Assembly: GCA_012295275.1 (NCBI GenBank)
Contig: CM022666.1
Location: 6,696,001-6,760,000 of the forward strand
Reading direction: 5' to 3'
DNA: 64,000 nt
Source of the DNA: Chrysomallon squamiferum
Taxonomy: Eukaryota > Animalia > Mollusca
Shown: piece after piece, positions 57,856 through 64,000 of the stretch
Numbering within the stretch: position 1 is the first letter of the stretch
Layout: each line of letters begins with the position of its first letter
Translations under genes and position numbers: made by a program
The notes under the pieces: model-generated
The model's database searches: none
Seen by the model: only the letters and a program-made list of their open reading frames with translations
Told to the model about the DNA's origin: nothing

Positions 57856-57910
57856 GAAACGATTTTCTAGTCATGTTAAAAGCTAGGAATGAGAAAAGAT
57901 AATGTTTTCA
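57230..57910. repeat. Composite repeat: ~60-bp constant unit alternating with variable-length (CA)n, 6 copies
   Basis: aggaaacaattttctagtcatg(c/t)taaaagctaggaatgagaaaagacaatgtttctaa at about 57272, 57394, 57498, 57605, 57742 and 57853. Confidence 0.9.
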
Positions 57911-58125
57911 GATCTAATACACTGTGTTGTACTGTCCCTGGGGTTGGGCATGTGATAATGTACAAGACTGTTACTGGCCGACAAACACTCCATAAATAAA
58001 GTAACTCGGTGGTTACATGTGAGAAAAACTCTCTTGTTTGTCACTGATTTCATTCATGAATGAATTCTCAAGATAGTTGGAGCCTGTTAAAAGCCTTACA
58101 TCACTTTTTTTTTCTTCACTCTGAA

Positions 58126-58208
<83 letters not shown>

Positions 58209-58232
58209 GTAAGTGAGTGAATGAGTAAGAGC

Positions 58233-58305
<73 letters not shown>

Positions 58306-58852
58306 TGTGAATGTTAATCAAAAATGCTTTTCTTTATATTTGTTATATTTAATTATTTTTGGGGGTTTTTTGTATTCATTTTATTTTTATTTAATAATAA
58401 TAATAATAATAAAAAGACTATATCAACATGCATGGAAAGTTAATTTAATACAGCCACATGGAACAGTTAATAAATTTCACGACAGATAAAAATAAATAAA
58501 AAATTGAAATATTACAAATTTATAACCATGGGAATTGATGCAATTTAAAATTTAGATGCCAAACTGAAGACATTTGAAACAGTATCTCACTTTAGAATTT
58601 TGAATTTATGATTTTGGAATAAATTCATTTCTCAGGTTTTTGAAATTCACAGCTGGAAATGTATTTTGTTTACAATTAATAAACTTTACAATTTGGCACA
58701 TTTTTTGTTATTTCAGTTAAAAAGTACATATGATATAAATTACAAAACCTGGTACAGATTCCATTCTAAACTTTACGACATTTATAAAATTATTTTATTT
58801 ATTATTTATATTGGAAAGAAAAAAAATGTATATATATCTGTATGTGTAGGTG

Positions 58853-58895
<43 letters not shown>

Positions 58896-60982
58896 ACAGA
58901 GAGAGACAGAGACAGACAGACAGACACACACACACACAGACACACACACAAAAAGGAAAAATAATGGACAATATGCTTTTCAGAGACTGCAGCTATTTTT
59001 AAGATTTTTAATTACCATTGTTAAAATAATGTTCTTTCTTTTCTATACTAAAATAAATTAAATAGAGTTGCTAAAGGTATGTTTTAATGCATGAAATATT
59101 TTCAAAAAATTGCCCAAACACATGCCAGAATAAACTCCATGGAAAAATGTCACATTTATAATTATTACATTTTCATACTTCCTTTTAAAATGTGTTATTA
59201 GTTTCATTTTTCAAAATTTATTCTAATAAACTGTATTTTTCCTTTAAATATCCATTTTTTTATTCAAGTATATAACTGTGTGAAATACAGTAATTTTTTC
59301 TTCATCTTAAAATCAAAACTAAAAAAAGAAAAAAGAAAAAAAGAAGAAAAAAGAAAAAATAAAAAAAGAAAAGAAAAAGAAAAAAAATAAAAAAAGAAAA
59401 GAAAAAAGATGTGAAAAAGAAATAAGAAATAAAGAAATAAGCAAAGAAAAAACAAAAGAATAATTAGAAAAATAATAACCTATTTTTTTTTCTTTGAAAG
59501 TAAAGAAGTCAAAAAAAAAAAAATAATAATAAAAAGTGCAATTTATAACATTATTTATGGTGAAACTGATGATTATTTTGGGAAAAAGCATAAAAAAAAA
59601 AAAAAAAAAAAAAAAAATTTACTGGAATAAACCATACATTTTTTTTATGACATAAGACATTTTTTTTTTTAAATCATTAAATAATAATAATAGCAATAAT
59701 AATAATAATAATAATATAATAATAATAATCTTTTAAGGTAAATAAATAGAAACTAACATATTTAATAAATTCATAAATAAATAAAATTAAATAAAATGAT
59801 ATAAAGAAGACAGTATTATAAAACAACAAAATAATAATAATAATTTATTTATTTATTAATTTTTTACATATATAAAAAAAAAATTTAAAAAAATAAAAAA
59901 ACAGAAAAAAAAGTTATAACAATATAAAATAAAACAGCATTACACAAATTTAACTGGAAGTCTAGTTTCTTCCTTTTAAGCCTAAAATATTCTAGGATCT
60001 GTTTCAGGTGCTAAAGAGTTAAATAAAAAATTTTAATTTTTAAAAAATCAGTTATTAGTAAAAGGGTTAAAACAGAGTTAGAGCAACAATGTCTTGGAAT
60101 CTCCATCTTGGAACTAAACATTAAAAATTACGTTTTTAGCTGTCAAAGGGTTAAATACATTAATAACACAAGCACACCTTAAGTCAACATCAGGATCTAT
60201 GATGGCATCCTAAGGGTTAAAAATAATAACATATTTCAAAGTATCTTGCATTTCTTTTCTTACAAATGAAAATAAACAGCGGTACTGCAGAATCTACTGT
60301 GGTGGTCAAAGGGTTAAAGACCTGACACTAATGTTACTCAGCAGTAAAAAAAAAATCATGAAAAATTAATGTCATGAATTTAAGCAAACAAACAGAACTG
60401 CACAACTGGCCACAGTTAATACTCAGCAGGGAAAAGGGTTAACAAAAATTAATATTACAAGTATTCTTCTTTTTTTTTAATTTTTTTTTTTATTTATTTA
60501 TTTAATTTTTTTTTTTTTTTTTTTACAAATTTAAATAAACCACAGAACTGCAGAACTGGCCTCAATGTTCAAAGGGTTAAAAGTAAGAGTATTAACCTGA
60601 CCTTAACACTCAATCAGCAGCGAAAGAGTTAAGGGATTCCATGTCAGAATATCTACTTTCTCCTCCGAAATACCATCAACTATCAAACAACAGCCAATTA
60701 TTACAGGCATGACCTCTGGCCTATTCACCACCGAGGTCAAGGACACAACCTTTGAACTTTCACAGAACATCAACATTATCAATGCTGTCCCTGTAAAGAC
60801 TTCATAAACTATTCATACAGTCTGTAATGAGTTTTCCAAGAAAACCCCTCCCTCTACAATTCTGCATGTTTCTTTACGAAATGTTAAAGTATGTATGTTC
60901 AGACATCTTGTGTAGATTCGGTCATCTTTGAAAATAATAATAATAACAAAAATAATAATAATAATAATAGTAATAATAATAA

Positions 60983-61023
<41 letters not shown>

Positions 61024-61339
61024 TATATCAGATTTGTTTTAAATTCTTCAATTTAAAAAAAAGTAAAAAATTGTTCCTGTAGGGCATTGTAACTGACCTG
61101 TCCCAACTCTCTTTAAACCAAACAAAAACAAAAAATGGTTATCTGAATTACTGAGTTCATGGTCTCTGACCAATTTAAACATGACCATGATTACACTTTT
61201 CACAAAATCATGTTGAAATATTTTCAAAAAATTGTCCGAACAGTACATAAGTAATGTCTTTTCTAAAAGAAAGAAGTGTCCTTTTTCTTAATTACTAATC
61301 TCAATTTTGATTTTTTTTATTTATTATATCCCAAATAAT

Positions 61340-61650
61340 TTAAAGACCGTCTTTTAACAGTGAAAGCTTCCCATTTCCAAAACATCCTGAAACTACCGAA
61401 AAAACAATCCACTGAGGACATGTGTGACCTTTGGCCCTTTTGTGCGCACCCCCCACACACACACAACTGCTGTTTCCATGACAACCGTGACAGGTAAAAT
61501 CTCTGCTGGGGGAATGATGATGGAAGATGGAGATAAAAGCCTCAACAAGACACAGGTGTGCATGTGATCTCCACAAACTGTCTCTGCCCACGAAGAGGAT
61601 CAAGCGAGTACACTCCCTAGCGATTCCCTAGTGACTCCCTAGCAACGAGT
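61340..61650. promoter_or_regulatory. GC-richer intronic island with an X-box (GTTTCCATGACAAC, 61472-61485) and three YTCCCTAG copies
   Basis: Motifs read directly from the sequence. No splice-compatible Dlg coding frame was found. Confidence 0.35.
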
Positions 61651-61764
61651 AATTTTAATTGTCATTCAAGAAACAGAATTAATATTTTTTTTTTTTAAAC
61701 TTAATTAATTGATTAATTTGAAATCATTTAATTAATTTTTATTCATGTCTTTAATTAATTCCTT

Positions 61765-61801
<37 letters not shown>

Positions 61802-63231
61802 ATTTGTTGTGTTAGTTAACAGTAATGTTTCATATAAAGTTATTCAGCACAATGTATGATTTATGAAGAATGTGTATTTTTACTGTCTTTTTTTTTTTAA
61901 ATGTTTTACTTCAGATCAGTTTCTGTCAAGTTTTATATTAAAATTATTCTGCTGTATATGTGAGTACATGTGTATGTATGTATGTGTTTAGAAGTTACTG
62001 TCTATTTTAAAAATTTCTTATATCTAATATTGTCATTTTTGATTTATATATAAAAATTATTCGCCAATGAATGTCAGTATAAATGTGTATGTTTATATTT
62101 GTGGGGTTTTTTTTCAATTTGTTAGTTTATTTCAATTATTGTCATTTTTTTTTATACAAAATTTATTCAGGAATGTATTGAATATGTTTATGTTTATTGT
62201 CTTGTTTTAAAATTGGTTTGTTAATATCAGTCATTGTCATTTTTATATACAAAGTATTCAGCAGTGTATGTAAGTATGTGTGTGTATGTTTAGAATTTCA
62301 CTTTTTTCTTCTTTGAAATGTCTTAGTTAAAGAAAAATAAATTAAATAACTGAGAAGAAAATAAAGAAAGAAAGAAAGAAAAAAGAAATAATTCCTGATT
62401 ATAAATTTTGTAATTATTATTTTTTCAAGGTGATTTTCTTATTTAAAATATTATGATTATTATTATTATTTTATTTATTTATTTTTTTTATTTTATTATT
62501 ATTTAAAAAAAAGAAAAATCTTTTTGATATGTCACTGTGAGACAGTATTTAAAAGAAAAATCGGAAAACAAATTGTAATGGAAAGCAGCTGTTTTGTATT
62601 TGAAATTATTTTTTGTTTAATTTCTTTTTAAACCTTTTTTCTTTTACAATTAGAAATTACAACTAGAATTGCAAGAAGTCATTTCTTTTTACCAAAAAGT
62701 GCTGAAGAAAAACAAATACAAAAATAAAATAAAAATTGGGATCTATTTTACAAATAACTTAGAATACTGAATTGAATAAAAAATAAAAAATATGCTTGAG
62801 TAAAAAATTGCTTTATCAGAAAACATTAAAGAATCAAAGAACAAAAAGAAAAAAGGACAATAAAAGAAAGAAAAAAACACAAAAAAAGAATAAATGAAAG
62901 TAGAGAAAGGAAATAAAAGAGAAAAATAAAAGGAAAAAAAAATCAAATAACACACAAACTCACACACACACACACACGTGTGTGCAGTCATCACATGCTT
63001 TGAATCAATTTTTTTTTTTTTTAAAGTTTAAAATAAAAACCAAAATATGTTAATAAGAATTATCCAAATAAACTTTTTTAATATACAACATAGTTAATAA
63101 ATTCAAATAAAACTACTGATAAAAAAACACAATAAAATAAAATAAAATGAAATAGAAGCGTTAACAAAATACTAATAAAATAAAATCTATCAGATTTAAA
63201 ATAATATATATATATATATATATAAATAAAC

Positions 63232-63274
<43 letters not shown>

Positions 63275-63741
63275 CGTAATCGTAATCGTAATAGTAATAA
63301 TAATAACAACACAAAAACAACAGTAAGAACAACAATAATAAAACTCCAACACAAAAAACCAACTAACAAATCCACAAACTCTGTCGCAAATCTAACGTTA
63401 CTGAATCAACATAAAACATTTTCCCCACTTCATTATTCAGTTATGTAACCATTACACTTATTGATTTTGTAATCAAAGTCTTTCACCACTGTTTAAAAAG
63501 AAAAAGAAAAAAAGAAAGAAAACTTCTCTTCATGCATACTTAACTACGGAAGCTAAAAGCCCAGAAAAAAATATTTTATCATTATTCTGTCCTCAACAGT
63601 TGCCAACAAGCTTCCTTAACCTAGTATTATAACAGCTTAATACTGCTTCTAATGTCTGTTGATTTTTTTCTTGCATTTGCATAAATCTCCGATTGTTGTC
63701 TTTACTCACTTGGAGAATGTCTTAGACAATGTATTATAGCC

Positions 63742-63773
<32 letters not shown>

Positions 63774-64000
63774 TCGAATGGTTTGGATTAAGTATCTACA
63801 AACCAGAACAATTAAACTGATTTTAAACTTTACTGTCCAATTAGACAGCATAAGAATTGATGGTAAAGATTACATAGCAGCAGAACTGAATAATTAAATT
63901 TAGTTAAAATTATATTTTCCTGCATAAGATATTTAAAAACTGAAATGTTTGGATTATGTGTTCGTAAACTCAAGCAATCAAATTTACCTAAAACTACACT

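Noticed and set aside
57230-57910. CRISPR-like repeat-spacer appearance
   Set aside because: Spacers are (CA)n rather than unique sequences, the repeats are about 60 bp, there are no cas genes, and the context is a eukaryotic intron.
61340-61603. 87-aa ORF as the missing first PDZ1 exon
   Set aside because: No GLGF or PDZ similarity seen in the frames examined. The first half of PDZ1 appears to lie beyond the window end.

Overview
Very AT-rich, microsatellite-dense animal genomic DNA. The repeat content suggests a mollusc, probably a gastropod (inference). The whole window lies inside one minus-strand gene, a discs large (Dlg1/SAP97/PSD-95 family) MAGUK. Eight exons can be spliced by hand with consistent GT-AG phases: 46664-46562, 46001-45941, 43827-43691, 41700-41565, 31280-31076, 4797-4626 (or 4641), 3907-3805 and 931-829. 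They encode the end of PDZ1, PDZ2, a Pro/Ser/Thr linker, PDZ3 and the start of SH3; the gene start and end lie outside the window. Nearly all other ORFs in the track are microsatellite artefacts. The most interesting signal is in the 26-kb intron before the PDZ3 exon. It holds several CpG-richer islands carrying short ATG-initiated exons that end in phase-2 donors in frame with PDZ3: MLNSNHKKKEPYFFDPRVRR, MTLPNRRITR, MCFFFRAGLYSLLKLW and a split AT|G start. It also holds a candidate phase-2 terminal exon with a stop and AATAAA. This suggests the locus can be expressed as separate N-half (PDZ1-2) and C-half (PDZ3-SH3-GK) proteins with swappable N-termini. Other points: an unusual PDZ3 loop, a PDZ1-like PDZ2, many RFX X-boxes, a convergent CTCF-motif pair, several minisatellites and SINE remnants. 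All isoform claims are predictions from sequence alone and need transcript evidence.
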